Source: Alphaproteobacteria bacterium
GTDB taxonomy: Bacteria > Pseudomonadota > Alphaproteobacteria > JAEULC01
DNA length: 64,000 nucleotides
Assembly (NCBI GenBank): GCA_020846275.1
Contig: JADLEG010000183.1
Span: 9,693 to 73,692, forward strand
Direction of reading: 5' to 3'
Shown here one piece after another: positions 1 to 9,405 of this stretch. The notes under the pieces were generated by a model, which worked only from the letters and a program-made list of their open reading frames with translations, made no database searches and had not been told where the DNA came from. The position numbers were made by a program, and so were the translations under genes. Positions within the stretch are counted from its first letter, which is position 1. Each line of letters begins with the position of its first letter.

Positions 1-75
1 CCATCCCGCGCCGCCCAGCCGCGCGGCCAGCGATGCGCGCGGAAAGCCAGGCCCGGCAAGCGCCGCCGCGGTCAT
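1..75 (-). CDS. 5' end (N-terminal ~25 aa) of a downstream gene running off the window; probably an ABC transporter permease of the same operon
   Basis: The ATG at 73-75 on the minus strand overlaps the TGA stop of the upstream ATPase gene (ATGA coupling). The N-terminus MTAAALAGPGFPRASLAARLGGAGW is hydrophobic. The frame stays open to the window edge. Confidence 0.3.
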   Translation of the reverse strand, partial: MTAAALAGPGFPRASLAARLGGAGW

Positions 76-1163
76 AGCGCGACCGCCGCGACATCGCCCG
101 CGTGCCAGGAAACCCGCACGCTCTGCCCCACGCCAAGCGTCCGGCCGCGCAAGGGCGGCGATTGCACCGCCAAGGCCCGGGCCCCGAGCGCGACGCGATA
201 GTTCACCAGGTTGCCGAGATGCGAGACATGATCGACCCGCCCGACCAGGCCGGACGCGGTCGCCTCGGCCGCCTCGATGCACACCCGCTCCGGGCGCAGC
301 ACCAGCCAGGCGGTCTGGCCGACCGCGCAGTTCGCCGGCGCCGCGACATCGAAGCTGCCGATGCCGTCCACCGCGACACGGGCCTGTCCCTCGGCACGCG
401 CCTCGACGCGCCCCTCCCACTCGTTCACCGGCCCCAGGAATCCGGCGACGAAACGGTTGGCCGGCCGCTCGTAGAGCTCGGTCGGCGCGCCAAGCTGCTC
501 CACCTTGCCCGCCCGCATGACGGCGACGCGGTCCGACAGCGCGAAGGCCTCGTGGATGTCGTGGGTCACCAGCACGGTAGTGATGCCGACCCGCCGCTGC
601 AGCTCCAGCAGCTCGGCGCGCATGTCCTCGCGCAGGCGCGCGTCGAGGTTCGACAGCGGCTCGTCGAGCAGCAGCAGGTCCGGCTCGGTAACGATGGCGC
701 GGGCCAGCGCCACGCGCTGCTGCTGGCCGCCCGACAATTCGCTCGGCCGCCGCGCCTCGTAGCCGTCGAGCCGCACCGTGCCCAGCGCGCGCGCGACGCG
801 CGCCGTGCGCTCCTCGCGCGCCACGCCCTGCATCGACAGGCCGAAGGCGACGTTCTGGGCAACGCTCATGTGCGGGAACAAGGCGTAGTTCTGGAACACC
901 AGCCCGACGCGGCGCGTCCAGATCGGGGCGGCCGTCACGTCGCGACCGCCGATCGCGATGCGCCCGCCATCCGGCACCAGGATGCCCGAGACCATCCGCA
1001 GCAGCGTCGTCTTGCCGCAGCCCGACGGGCCGAGGACGGTGAAGAACTCGCCCGGACGCACCGACAGGTCGACGCCGGCCACCGCCACGCTCAGACCGAA
1101 GCGCTTGATCAGCCCCGCGACGTCAAGCCCCGCCTGCGGCCGGGCACGCCCTTCCTGCGGCAT
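72..1163 (-). CDS. ABC transporter ATP-binding protein (PotA/FbpC-type, family-1 importer)
   Basis: 363 aa ORF. Walker A GPSGCGKTT, ABC signature LSGGQQQRVALARA, Walker B LLLLDEPLSNLD, and a C-terminal TOBE-like domain. ATG start at 1163. Confidence 0.9.
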   Translation of the reverse strand: MPQEGRARPQAGLDVAGLIKRFGLSVAVAGVDLSVRPGEFFTVLGPSGCGKTTLLRMVSGILVPDGGRIAIGGRDVTAAPIWTRRVGLVFQNYALFPHMSVAQNVAFGLSMQGVAREERTARVARALGTVRLDGYEARRPSELSGGQQQRVALARAIVTEPDLLLLDEPLSNLDARLREDMRAELLELQRRVGITTVLVTHDIHEAFALSDRVAVMRAGKVEQLGAPTELYERPANRFVAGFLGPVNEWEGRVEARAEGQARVAVDGIGSFDVAAPANCAVGQTAWLVLRPERVCIEAAEATASGLVGRVDHVSHLGNLVNYRVALGARALAVQSPPLRGRTLGVGQSVRVSWHAGDVAAVAL

Positions 1164-1181
1164 CGAATCGGGCCGGAGGGA

Positions 1182-2237
1182 TTATTTCGGCGCGATCTCG
1201 CGCTCGAAGACCTTGATCCATTCCGGCCGCGCCTTGTTCACGACGTCGTAGTCGATCTTCTCCATCTTGGCCAACTCGGCGGCGGGGATCGGATTGCCGG
1301 TCACTTCCTTGTTCATCACCGTGTTGCCATATCCCTGCGCGCGGGCCTGCTGCACCTCGGTCGACAGCCACCAGTTAAGGAAGGCGCGCGCGCCCTGCGG
1401 GTTAGGCGCGTTCTTCATGATGCCCGCGGCCGTGCCGGTGAACATGACCGGCTTCGGCGTCACGTAGCTGACCGGAATGCCGCGCTTGCCGAGCTCGGCC
1501 GCGGTCGAGGAAGTGTAGAAGCCGACCGCGGCCGACCCGTCCTCGAGGAACTGGCCCATGCGGGCAAAGGTCGTCGGCCATTCCACGATTCCGGGCGCCA
1601 GCGCCTTCAGCGCCTTCACGCCGGGATCGATGTTGTTTTCGTTGCCGCCATTCAGCCGCGCCAGGATGATCATGACGTAGAGGCCATAGGTCGTGTTGGC
1701 CGGGGGCAGGACCATCGCGCCCTTGAACTCGGGCCGCGTCAGCTCCGACCATTCCGCCTTGGGCGGCGCCCAGCCCTTCTTCTTGAAGGTCTCGTGGTTG
1801 TAGATCAGCGAGAACACGTCGCCATAGGTCATGATGCCGTTCGGATTGAACTTCGCGGCATCCACGAGCTTGTCGATGTTCGGGATCTCCTTGGCGTCGA
1901 TCGGCACGAAGATGCCCTGGTCGTTGCCGGCCAGGAACGGCAGCAGGTCGGTCTGCACGACGTCGACCTGGGGCTTGTCCTTCTGCGCGATCGCCGCGGC
2001 AATGATCTCGGGGCCGGTCGCCTTGGGCACCAGCACGACCTTGTAGCCGGTGGCGGCGGTGAATTTCTGGTTCCAGCCCTCCTTCTCGAGAAACTGCTGG
2101 ACCGTGCCGCCCCAGGTCAGGAAGTAGACGGTCTTGTCGTCCTGCGCCGCCGCCCCGCCGGCCATCGCCGCCATCGCGGCCAGCAGCGCCGCCGCGCACG
2201 CGCCGATCCGCCCCAAGCCCCAATTGCCGAATGCCAT
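1182..2237 (-). CDS. ABC transporter periplasmic substrate-binding protein (extracellular solute-binding family 1; spermidine/putrescine/Fe3+-like)
   Basis: The ORF resembles PotD/AfuA-like binding proteins. Signal peptide MAFGNWGLGRIGACAAALLAAMAAMAGGAAAQ. I chose the internal ATG at 2237, which is preceded by a GAGGGGG Shine-Dalgarno sequence, over the GTG at 2258. It sits 18 bp upstream of the ATPase on the same strand. Confidence 0.8.
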   Translation of the reverse strand: MAFGNWGLGRIGACAAALLAAMAAMAGGAAAQDDKTVYFLTWGGTVQQFLEKEGWNQKFTAATGYKVVLVPKATGPEIIAAAIAQKDKPQVDVVQTDLLPFLAGNDQGIFVPIDAKEIPNIDKLVDAAKFNPNGIMTYGDVFSLIYNHETFKKKGWAPPKAEWSELTRPEFKGAMVLPPANTTYGLYVMIILARLNGGNENNIDPGVKALKALAPGIVEWPTTFARMGQFLEDGSAAVGFYTSSTAAELGKRGIPVSYVTPKPVMFTGTAAGIMKNAPNPQGARAFLNWWLSTEVQQARAQGYGNTVMNKEVTGNPIPAAELAKMEKIDYDVVNKARPEWIKVFEREIAPK

Positions 2238-2402
2238 GACTGCCCCCTCGAATTCCACCGCGTAACCAAGACGGCAATTGCCGTGCCGTCCCGTCGACCG
2301 CGCGCAAGAGCGAAAGCCCGATCTTAGCGGCAGGGGCGCGTCGTCAGCAACCGGCGGGCTTGGGCCGCAGCGCGTATCTAGAGCCGATACTTTCCCGGGC
2401 GG

Positions 2403-3290
2403 TCAGCCGCCGTCGAGCGGCCGCACCGTGACCGCCACGTCCAGGCTGTGCGTACCGCCCCCCAGGATGACCCCGCGCAGCGGCGTCACGTCCGAGAAAT
2501 CGCGGCCATAGGCGACGACGATATGCTCGTCGCGCACGACAAGGTCGTTGGTTGGATCGAAATCCACCCAGCCCAGCGCCTCGCCGCACCAGGCCGACAC
2601 CCAGGCATGGCTGGCGTCGGCGCCGCGAAGCCCGGCCGCATCGGCCGGCGGATAGGTGCGGATGTAGCCCGATGCGTAGCGCGCGGGCAGGCCAAGCCCC
2701 CGCAGCCCGGCAATCATCAGGTGGGCGAAGTCCTGGCACACCCCGCGCCGCGTCTCCATCACGCGGGCCACCGGCGTCGAGATGTCGGTCGAACCCGGCA
2801 CGTAGGCGAACTCGCGCCGAATGCGGGCCGTCAGGTCCCGCAGGCCGGCGACGATGCCCCGCCCCGGCGCAAAGGATTGCGCGGCGAAGGCGGTCGATGC
2901 CGGCTCGCGCCCGGCCTGCGGCGAGTTGTAGGCGAATTCGGCCACCTCCGGCCGCGCGGGGAACCCGTCCGCGCCGATCGACGCCGCGACCTGCGCCCAG
3001 GCCTCGCCTTCCGGCAGGTCCGCCGGATCGGCGCGCGCGACATCAACATCGGCGTCCAGGGTCACGCTGAACGTGTCGTGTCCCGCCTCGATCGCGACGT
3101 GGTGGACCGCATTGCCGAAATGGTCGCGGAACGCCACGTTGCGCGACGGTTCGGGCGCGATCCCCAGGCGATAGTCGAGCAGACGCTGCCCGATCACCGC
3201 CAGCGGCGTCAGTCGCAGCAGGTGCAGGCCAAGGTCGACCGTCGCGCCATAGGCGTAGCGCGTCTCGTGGCGGACGGCGTAGCGCGTCAT
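2403..3290 (-). CDS. transglutaminase-like family protein (small, about 295 aa)
   Basis: The N-terminus MTRYAVRHETRYAYGATVDLGLHLLRLTP is the typical bacterial transglutaminase-like N-terminal region, followed by the TGase core (…CQDFAHLMIAGLRGLGLPARYASGY…). The ORF-track N-terminal extension of 174 aa in a GC-junk frame was rejected. The ATG at 3290 overlaps the stop of the upstream gene (ATGA). Confidence 0.8.
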   Translation of the reverse strand: MTRYAVRHETRYAYGATVDLGLHLLRLTPLAVIGQRLLDYRLGIAPEPSRNVAFRDHFGNAVHHVAIEAGHDTFSVTLDADVDVARADPADLPEGEAWAQVAASIGADGFPARPEVAEFAYNSPQAGREPASTAFAAQSFAPGRGIVAGLRDLTARIRREFAYVPGSTDISTPVARVMETRRGVCQDFAHLMIAGLRGLGLPARYASGYIRTYPPADAAGLRGADASHAWVSAWCGEALGWVDFDPTNDLVVRDEHIVVAYGRDFSDVTPLRGVILGGGTHSLDVAVTVRPLDGG

Positions 3291-5776
3291 GCCGGCAAGG
3301 TCTCGCGCGCGGGGCGCGGCGCGAAGCCGAGCGGATGGGCCGTCACGACGTGCGAGAAATAGGTGTGGGTGATCATCTCGGACAGCGCCGTCAGGTCGCC
3401 GGCGATGCGGTCGAGCATCTCGACGACGGGCCCGACCGGCATGGCGTCCTGCACCTTCTCCACGCTCTCGACCGAGAAGTCCATCACCGTGCGGATCAAC
3501 TCGCGCACCAAGGTGCGCGCCGCCTCGAAGCCCGGCGACGGGGCCAGGGTCTCGATGAAATCGCGCAGGCGCACGATCTGGAACATCAGCGCCCGCGGGT
3601 TGCTGGCGTCCGCCACCACCAAGTCGAGCGCGCGCGCGGGGTGCAGCTCGGTCGGATAGCGGGTGCGGTACGTGATGGTGGAATCGCAGAGTTCGAGCGC
3701 CAGGCGCAGCCCGATCTCGAGCTGGGCCGCCGGGCCGCGCAGCACCGGCGCCAGCGTGTTGGCGATCGCCATGCCGCGTTCGATCCGCCGGCCGATGTCG
3801 AGAAAGCGCCACCCCGCGCCGCGCGTCATGTTCTCGGCCGCCAGCCCGGCGAAGGCGGCGATGCCGCGGATCAGGTCATCAAGCGCATCGAGCAGCCGGT
3901 CCATGTCGCCGTCGGCCGCGACCAGCTGCCCGCGCACCTCGTCGAGCAGATGGTTGAGGGTACGCCACATGTCGAGCGACAGGCGGTCGCGCACCGTGAA
4001 CGTCAGGCGCCGGATCGCGTCCAGGCAATCCTGCACCACGCCCTCCGGCGCCGTCGCGGCCTTGGCGATGCCGCCGGCGAAATTGCGGCCGTCCACGGGC
4101 GAACCGGCGATGGTCGCGCTGATCCACCCGTTGCGCTGCATGGCGCCGGCCAGGCGCGCAAGCTCGGCCATGTCGCGCGGGCCGAGCCCGCCGCCGGTCA
4201 GCCGGTTCATCACCGCGCGGAATACGCGCGCGGCGGCGTCCAGGCGCTCGACATAGCGGCCGAGCCAGAACAGGTCGTCGGCGACGCGGCTTTGCAGCGC
4301 GCCGGCGGACCGGTGCGCCCTGGCCGGCGTCATCGGCGCCGAGGGCGTGCGGACATCCTGTTCCTCCGTGGTCAGCACCCAGACGTCCTTGGCGACGCCG
4401 CCATGCAGCAGGCGGCTGCGGTACATGTCGTCGGCCTCGACCACGCGGGCCACGCCGCCGGGCATCACCGACCATTCGGACCCGTTCCACAACGCCACCA
4501 CGCGCAGCACGATCGGGCGCGGCGACAGTCCGTCCTTGCCAAGATTGGGCGCGACGCCGTGCACCACGCGCTCCAGCGCCACGAAGGCCTCGGGGTCGGC
4601 CGTCAGCCGGGCCAGCAGCCCCGCCTGCTCGTCGCGCGACAACCCGGCCGGGTCGACCGGCTTCTGGCCGGGATCGAAGGTCGGGCGGATCACGTAGGAG
4701 CCGAGCGACGCGCGAACGGCGTCGATCGCCGCCTTCTGCCCGCACCACCACGTCGTCACCGCCGGCAGCTTCAGCTCCTCGCCGAGCAGCCGGCGCGCCA
4801 GCGAGGGAAGGAACGGCGCGATCGCCGGCGTCTCGACCAGCGCCGATCCCGGCAGGTTCAGGATCGCAACCTTGCCGGCGCGCGCGGCATCGACCAGCCC
4901 GGCGACGCCCAGCGCCGAATCCTCGCGCAGCTCCAGGGGGTCGCAATACTCGCCGTCGACCCGGCGGTAGATCACGTCGACGCGCAGCAGCCCTTCCAGC
5001 GTCTTCAGGTACACGACATTGTCGCGGACCGTCAGGTCCGAGCCTTGCGCCAGGGTGATGCTGAGCTCGCGCGCCAGGTAGACATGCTCGAAATAGGCGT
5101 CGTTGTAAGGGCCGGGCGTCAGCAGCACGGCGCGCGAATCGTCGCCGTGATGCATTCCCAGGCGCTGCAGGCTCGCCTGCCACACATCCAGGAAGGGCTG
5201 CAGCCGGCGCATCGGGTAGACGCGGAAGGCCTCGGGAAAGGTTCGCGCCAGCAGGCGGCGGTTGCGCAACGCGTAGCCGACGCCCGACGGCGCCTGGGTG
5301 CGATCGGCGAACACGCGCCAGCCTCCGTCCGGCATGCGCACCAGGTCGGCGGCATAGACCTGCAGGTGCCCGGCGCCGCCGGCCTGGCCGACATGGCGCA
5401 TCGGGCGCAGGAACGCGGGGTTGGCATAGACGAGATAGGGCGGGACCAGACGGTCGGCGATCAGGCGCTGCTCGCCGTAGAGATCGGCCAGCACGAGGTC
5501 GAGCAGGCGGGCGCGCTGCGCCAGACCCTCGGCAATGACCCGCCACTCGTCCTCGGGCAGGATCAGCGGCAGCAGGTCGATCGACCACGGCGCGCGCTTC
5601 GGCTCCCGGCCATAGATGGCGACGAACTCGTCGGCATGCGCCAAGTGCGCGCCGGCGCGCGCCTGCTTCTCGGCGAGCTGCGCCGGCGGCATGCCCCAGA
5701 CCGTCGCCATGATGTTGCGCCAATGCGGCCGCAGCGCACCCTGGCCGGTTGCCATCTCGTCGTAGGCCGTGCTCAT
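3287..5776 (-). CDS. circularly permuted ATP-grasp (type 2) protein fused to an alpha-E domain (DUF404/DUF407 + DUF403-like), about 829 aa
   Basis: The N-terminus MSTAYDEMATGQGALRPHWRNIM is typical of CP-ATP-grasp-2 proteins. The C-terminal half resembles alpha-E domain proteins. I chose the ATG at 5776. The ORF track starts at a TTG at 5875, which is a possible alternative. Confidence 0.75.
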   Translation of the reverse strand: MSTAYDEMATGQGALRPHWRNIMATVWGMPPAQLAEKQARAGAHLAHADEFVAIYGREPKRAPWSIDLLPLILPEDEWRVIAEGLAQRARLLDLVLADLYGEQRLIADRLVPPYLVYANPAFLRPMRHVGQAGGAGHLQVYAADLVRMPDGGWRVFADRTQAPSGVGYALRNRRLLARTFPEAFRVYPMRRLQPFLDVWQASLQRLGMHHGDDSRAVLLTPGPYNDAYFEHVYLARELSITLAQGSDLTVRDNVVYLKTLEGLLRVDVIYRRVDGEYCDPLELREDSALGVAGLVDAARAGKVAILNLPGSALVETPAIAPFLPSLARRLLGEELKLPAVTTWWCGQKAAIDAVRASLGSYVIRPTFDPGQKPVDPAGLSRDEQAGLLARLTADPEAFVALERVVHGVAPNLGKDGLSPRPIVLRVVALWNGSEWSVMPGGVARVVEADDMYRSRLLHGGVAKDVWVLTTEEQDVRTPSAPMTPARAHRSAGALQSRVADDLFWLGRYVERLDAAARVFRAVMNRLTGGGLGPRDMAELARLAGAMQRNGWISATIAGSPVDGRNFAGGIAKAATAPEGVVQDCLDAIRRLTFTVRDRLSLDMWRTLNHLLDEVRGQLVAADGDMDRLLDALDDLIRGIAAFAGLAAENMTRGAGWRFLDIGRRIERGMAIANTLAPVLRGPAAQLEIGLRLALELCDSTITYRTRYPTELHPARALDLVVADASNPRALMFQIVRLRDFIETLAPSPGFEAARTLVRELIRTVMDFSVESVEKVQDAMPVGPVVEMLDRIAGDLTALSEMITHTYFSHVVTAHPLGFAPRPARETLPA

Positions 5777-5887
5777 CGCCTGTCCGCGCGGGCCCTGCCC
5801 GTCCTGGCCGAAGTGGCTGATTCGCGTGGACAAAGTGTCGCCGATCGGCCCGCCAAATTCCAGCGCAGGCGCCAAAGCCGCCTGCCG

Positions 5888-8800
5888 CTAGGTCGCGTGG
5901 CGCAGGTCCAGCGTGACGGGGTGCTCGCCGGCCGGAACGGCGATTCGCGCCTCGTAGGATGCCGGCGTATGCCCGATCGCGAAGAAGCGCGCCCGCCGGC
6001 GCGTCTCGGCCTCGTTGGCATTGACCGGAAACCGATCGAAATTGCGCCCGCCGGGATGGGCGACATGGTAGGTGCAGCCGCCGACCGCGCGCCCGTTCCA
6101 GGTGTCGAACAGGTCGAACACCAGGGGCGCATCGACCGGGATCGTCGGGTGCAGCGCGCGCGGCGGCTGCCAAGCGCGATAGCGCAGCCCGGCGACATAC
6201 TCGCCTCTCCGCCCGGTTGCGCGCAGCGGCACCGTGCGCCCGTTGCAGACCAGCACGTGGCGCTCCTCGGTGGCGCCGCTCAGCTTCACCTGCATGCGCT
6301 CGACCGAACTGTCGACGTAGCGCACCGTGCCGCCGGCGCCGGCATCCTCGCCCAGCACGTTCCACGGCTCCAGCGCGTGGCGCAGCTCGATCTCGATGCC
6401 GCGATAGGCCGCCTGGCCGATCAGTGGAAAGCGGAACTCGTGATGCGCGGCGAACCACTGCGGATCGAGCGCGTAGCCGGCGCGCCGCAGATCGTCGAGT
6501 ACGTCGGCGAAGTCGTTGGCGACGAAATAGGGCAGCATGAACTCGTCGTGCAGCCGCGTGCCGTAGCGCATCAGCCGGCGGTCATAGGGCTGGCGCCAGA
6601 ACGTCGCCAGCAGCGCGCGCAGCAGCAGTTGCTGCGCCAGGCTCATGCGCGCGTGCGGCGGCATCTCGAAGGCGCGCAGTTCCAGCAGGCCGCGACGGCC
6701 GGCGGCGCCGTCGGGCGAGTACAGCTTGTCGATGCAGAACTCGGCGCGGTGCGTGTTGCCGGTCACGTCCACCAGCACGTCGCGCAAGGCACGGTCGACC
6801 AGCCAGGGCGGCGGCGTCTCGGCGCGCTCCAGCGCCTTGAAGGCCAGCTCGAGCTGGTAGGTGGCGTCGTCGCGACCCTCATCGACACGCGGATGCTGGC
6901 TGGTCGCGCCGATGAACAGCCCCGAGAACAGGTAGGACAGCGAGGGATGGTTGTGCCAGTAGCCGACCAGGCTCCTTAGCAGGTCCGGCCGGCGCAGCAG
7001 CGGCGAGTCCGCCGGGGTGGAACCGCCGATCACGATGTGGTTGCCGCCGCCGGTGCCGACATGCCGGCCGTCCAGCATGAACTTCTCGGTCACCAGCCGC
7101 GTCGCGCGCGCCTCCTCGTAGACCGTGGTCGTATTGCGGACCAGTTCGTCCCAGGAGTCGGCGGGATGGACGTTGACCTCGATCACGCCCGGATCCGGCG
7201 TCACCGAGAAATGGTTGAGCCGCGGGTCGAAGGGCGGCGGGTAGCCCTCGAGAATCACCTTCTCCCCGCGATCGCCCGCCACATCCTCGACCGCGGCGAG
7301 GAGGTCGAGATAGTCCTCGGCCATCTCGACGGGCGGCATGAAGAGATGCAGCAGCCCGTTGCGCACCTCGGCGCACAGCGCGGTCCGCACGACATCGCTG
7401 GCCGACCAGCCCTGCAATGGCTTCAGCGGCGCCTGCTCGCGCCGTCCCTGCGGCGCCGCGTTGGGACGCACACCGTTTCGCGGCTCGCCGCGAGGCGCCT
7501 GAAATGCCTGGCGCGGCGGCAAGCCCCCGCGCGGCGCCATCGGGTCGGTCGGGTAGACATAGGGGTAGTCGCTTTCCTGGACCCAGGGCAGCGAGTCGAG
7601 CGGCAGGCGATAACCCATCGGCGAGTCGCCGGGGATGAGGAACATGGTGTCGGAGCGGAAGAACCATCGCCCGCTGCGCCAGTAACGCTGGCCATTCGTG
7701 CCCGCGCGGGCCAACGGCAAGGCGTAGCCGACGATCGCGTCCAGCCCCTGCTCGAACACCCGCGCCAGGCGCTCGCGCTCCAGAGGGTCGTGCAACTCGC
7801 TCTTCAGCGGGTCGACGTTGACCGGCAGCCGGCGCTCCTTCCACAGGTAGTACCAGGCGTCCTCGTAGCCCGCCGTGCAAAACGCGGGGTCGACCTGCAG
7901 CCGCTCGGCCAGTTGCGAAATGAAGCCGCGCGCGTCGTCGTGCGTCAGCCGGCCGTTGGTGTCCTCGTCCGACGCGAACAGGCGCTTGTCGCGCCAGACC
8001 GGCTCGCCATCGCGCCGCCAGTGGCAGCCCAGCGCCCAGCGCGGCAATTGCTCGCCCGGATACCACTTGCCCTGGCCGTAGTGCAGCAGGTAGCCGCCGG
8101 CGAAACGGTCGGCCAGGCGACGCAGCAGGCGGCCGGCATAGCGCCGCTTGGTGGGGCCCAGCGCGTGGGTGGTCCACTCGGCGCCGTCCGGGTCGTCGGC
8201 GGCGACGAAGGTCGGCTCGCCGCCCATGGTCAGCCGCATGTCGGCCGCCGCGATGTCGGCGTCCACCTTGCGGCCGAGCGCCAGCAGGCCCTGCCACTTC
8301 GCATCGCTGTAGGGCCTGGTGATCCGCGGCGCCTCGTCGATCCGCGTCACCGACATGCGGAAATCGAGGGTCGATTTCGCCTTCTCGATCGAGCCGGTGA
8401 TGGGCGCGGCGCTGCCGGGCTCGGGCGAGCACGCCAGCGGAATATGCCCCTCGCCTGCCATCAGTCCGGACGTGGGATCGAGCCCGATCCAGCCGGCGCC
8501 GGGCAGGTAGACCTCGCACCACGCATGCAGGTCGGTGAAATCGGCGATCGGGCCGACGGGGCCGTCAAGCGGCTTCTCGTCGGCGACGAGCTGGATCAGG
8601 TAGCCGGACACGAAGCGCGCGGCCAGGCCAAGATGGCGCAGCATCTGCACCAGCAGCCAGCCGCTGTCGCGGCACGAGCCCTCGCGCTTCGCCAGCGTTT
8701 CCTCGGGCGTCTGCACGCCGGGCTCCAGACGCACGATGTAGCCGACGTCGCGCTGCACGCGCTGGTTCAGCTCGACCAGGAAATCGATCGTCCGCCGCGG

Positions 8801-9211
8801 CCGGCGATCGACGCCGTCGAGGTAGCGCTGGAGCAACGGCCCCGGCTCGGCCGCCCGCCGGAACGGCGCCAGCTCCTCGTCCAGCACGTGGTCGTATTCG
8901 AACGGACAGGTCTCGGCCGCCGGCTCGAGGAAGAAATCGAACGGATTGATCACCGCCATGTCGGCGATCAGGTCGACCGTGAAGCAGAGCCGGTCCGTCC
9001 TTTCCGGGAACACGAACCGCGCCAGGTAGTTGGCCTGGGGATCCTGCTGCCAGTTGATGAAGTGCTGGGCTGGCTCGGCCTTCAGCGAATAGGCGAGGAT
9101 CGGGGTCCTGGAATGCGGGGTCGGCCGCAAGCGCACCACCTGCGGCCCGACGCCGACCAGCCGGTCGTAGCGATATTCCGTGCGGTGATGCAGCGCGACA
9201 TGGATTCCCAC
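5888..9211 (-). CDS. large transglutaminase family protein (Bact_transglu_N + transglutaminase core + DUF2126-like C-terminal region), 1107 aa
   Basis: The N-terminus MGIHVALHHRTEYRYDRLVGVGPQVVRLRP is the Bact_transglu_N signature. The length and architecture match the ~1100-aa proteins that co-occur with CP-ATP-grasp/alpha-E genes. GTG start with a GAGGGGAG Shine-Dalgarno sequence upstream. Confidence 0.8.
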   Translation of the reverse strand: MGIHVALHHRTEYRYDRLVGVGPQVVRLRPTPHSRTPILAYSLKAEPAQHFINWQQDPQANYLARFVFPERTDRLCFTVDLIADMAVINPFDFFLEPAAETCPFEYDHVLDEELAPFRRAAEPGPLLQRYLDGVDRRPRRTIDFLVELNQRVQRDVGYIVRLEPGVQTPEETLAKREGSCRDSGWLLVQMLRHLGLAARFVSGYLIQLVADEKPLDGPVGPIADFTDLHAWCEVYLPGAGWIGLDPTSGLMAGEGHIPLACSPEPGSAAPITGSIEKAKSTLDFRMSVTRIDEAPRITRPYSDAKWQGLLALGRKVDADIAAADMRLTMGGEPTFVAADDPDGAEWTTHALGPTKRRYAGRLLRRLADRFAGGYLLHYGQGKWYPGEQLPRWALGCHWRRDGEPVWRDKRLFASDEDTNGRLTHDDARGFISQLAERLQVDPAFCTAGYEDAWYYLWKERRLPVNVDPLKSELHDPLERERLARVFEQGLDAIVGYALPLARAGTNGQRYWRSGRWFFRSDTMFLIPGDSPMGYRLPLDSLPWVQESDYPYVYPTDPMAPRGGLPPRQAFQAPRGEPRNGVRPNAAPQGRREQAPLKPLQGWSASDVVRTALCAEVRNGLLHLFMPPVEMAEDYLDLLAAVEDVAGDRGEKVILEGYPPPFDPRLNHFSVTPDPGVIEVNVHPADSWDELVRNTTTVYEEARATRLVTEKFMLDGRHVGTGGGNHIVIGGSTPADSPLLRRPDLLRSLVGYWHNHPSLSYLFSGLFIGATSQHPRVDEGRDDATYQLELAFKALERAETPPPWLVDRALRDVLVDVTGNTHRAEFCIDKLYSPDGAAGRRGLLELRAFEMPPHARMSLAQQLLLRALLATFWRQPYDRRLMRYGTRLHDEFMLPYFVANDFADVLDDLRRAGYALDPQWFAAHHEFRFPLIGQAAYRGIEIELRHALEPWNVLGEDAGAGGTVRYVDSSVERMQVKLSGATEERHVLVCNGRTVPLRATGRRGEYVAGLRYRAWQPPRALHPTIPVDAPLVFDLFDTWNGRAVGGCTYHVAHPGGRNFDRFPVNANEAETRRRARFFAIGHTPASYEARIAVPAGEHPVTLDLRHAT

Positions 9212-9405
9212 GTGGCGGGGCTCCCCTCAACCTGACGACTTAGGTCCAGGGTAGCAATTCCGAGGCCATTGCGCCTTTCCGACACACGGGCGGAACCCCG
9301 GCCACCGGGTGCCCAAATTTAAGGCGCTTTGGAACGGACCTGTGACACAATACCGCCTCGGGCTGATAGGCTGCGGCACAACGTCAAGAAAGAGGGATCC
9401 GATCC

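Noticed and set aside
102-2327. 741-aa plus-strand ORF spanning and antisense to the ABC ATPase and SBP genes
   Set aside because: Arg/Gly/Ala/Pro-rich low-complexity translation with no family resemblance; typical open antisense frame in roughly 70% GC DNA. The minus-strand genes have clear ABC motifs.
3335-6979. 1214-aa plus-strand ORF and 859-aa minus-strand ORF (3879-6458) overlapping the ATP-grasp/alpha-E and transglutaminase genes
   Set aside because: Alternative frames of real genes. Compositionally biased (R/A/G/P). No motifs. The annotated frame carries the conserved family signatures.
6879-9235. 547-aa (-) and 732-aa (+) ORFs overlapping the large transglutaminase gene
   Set aside because: Same as above: GC-driven spurious ORFs.
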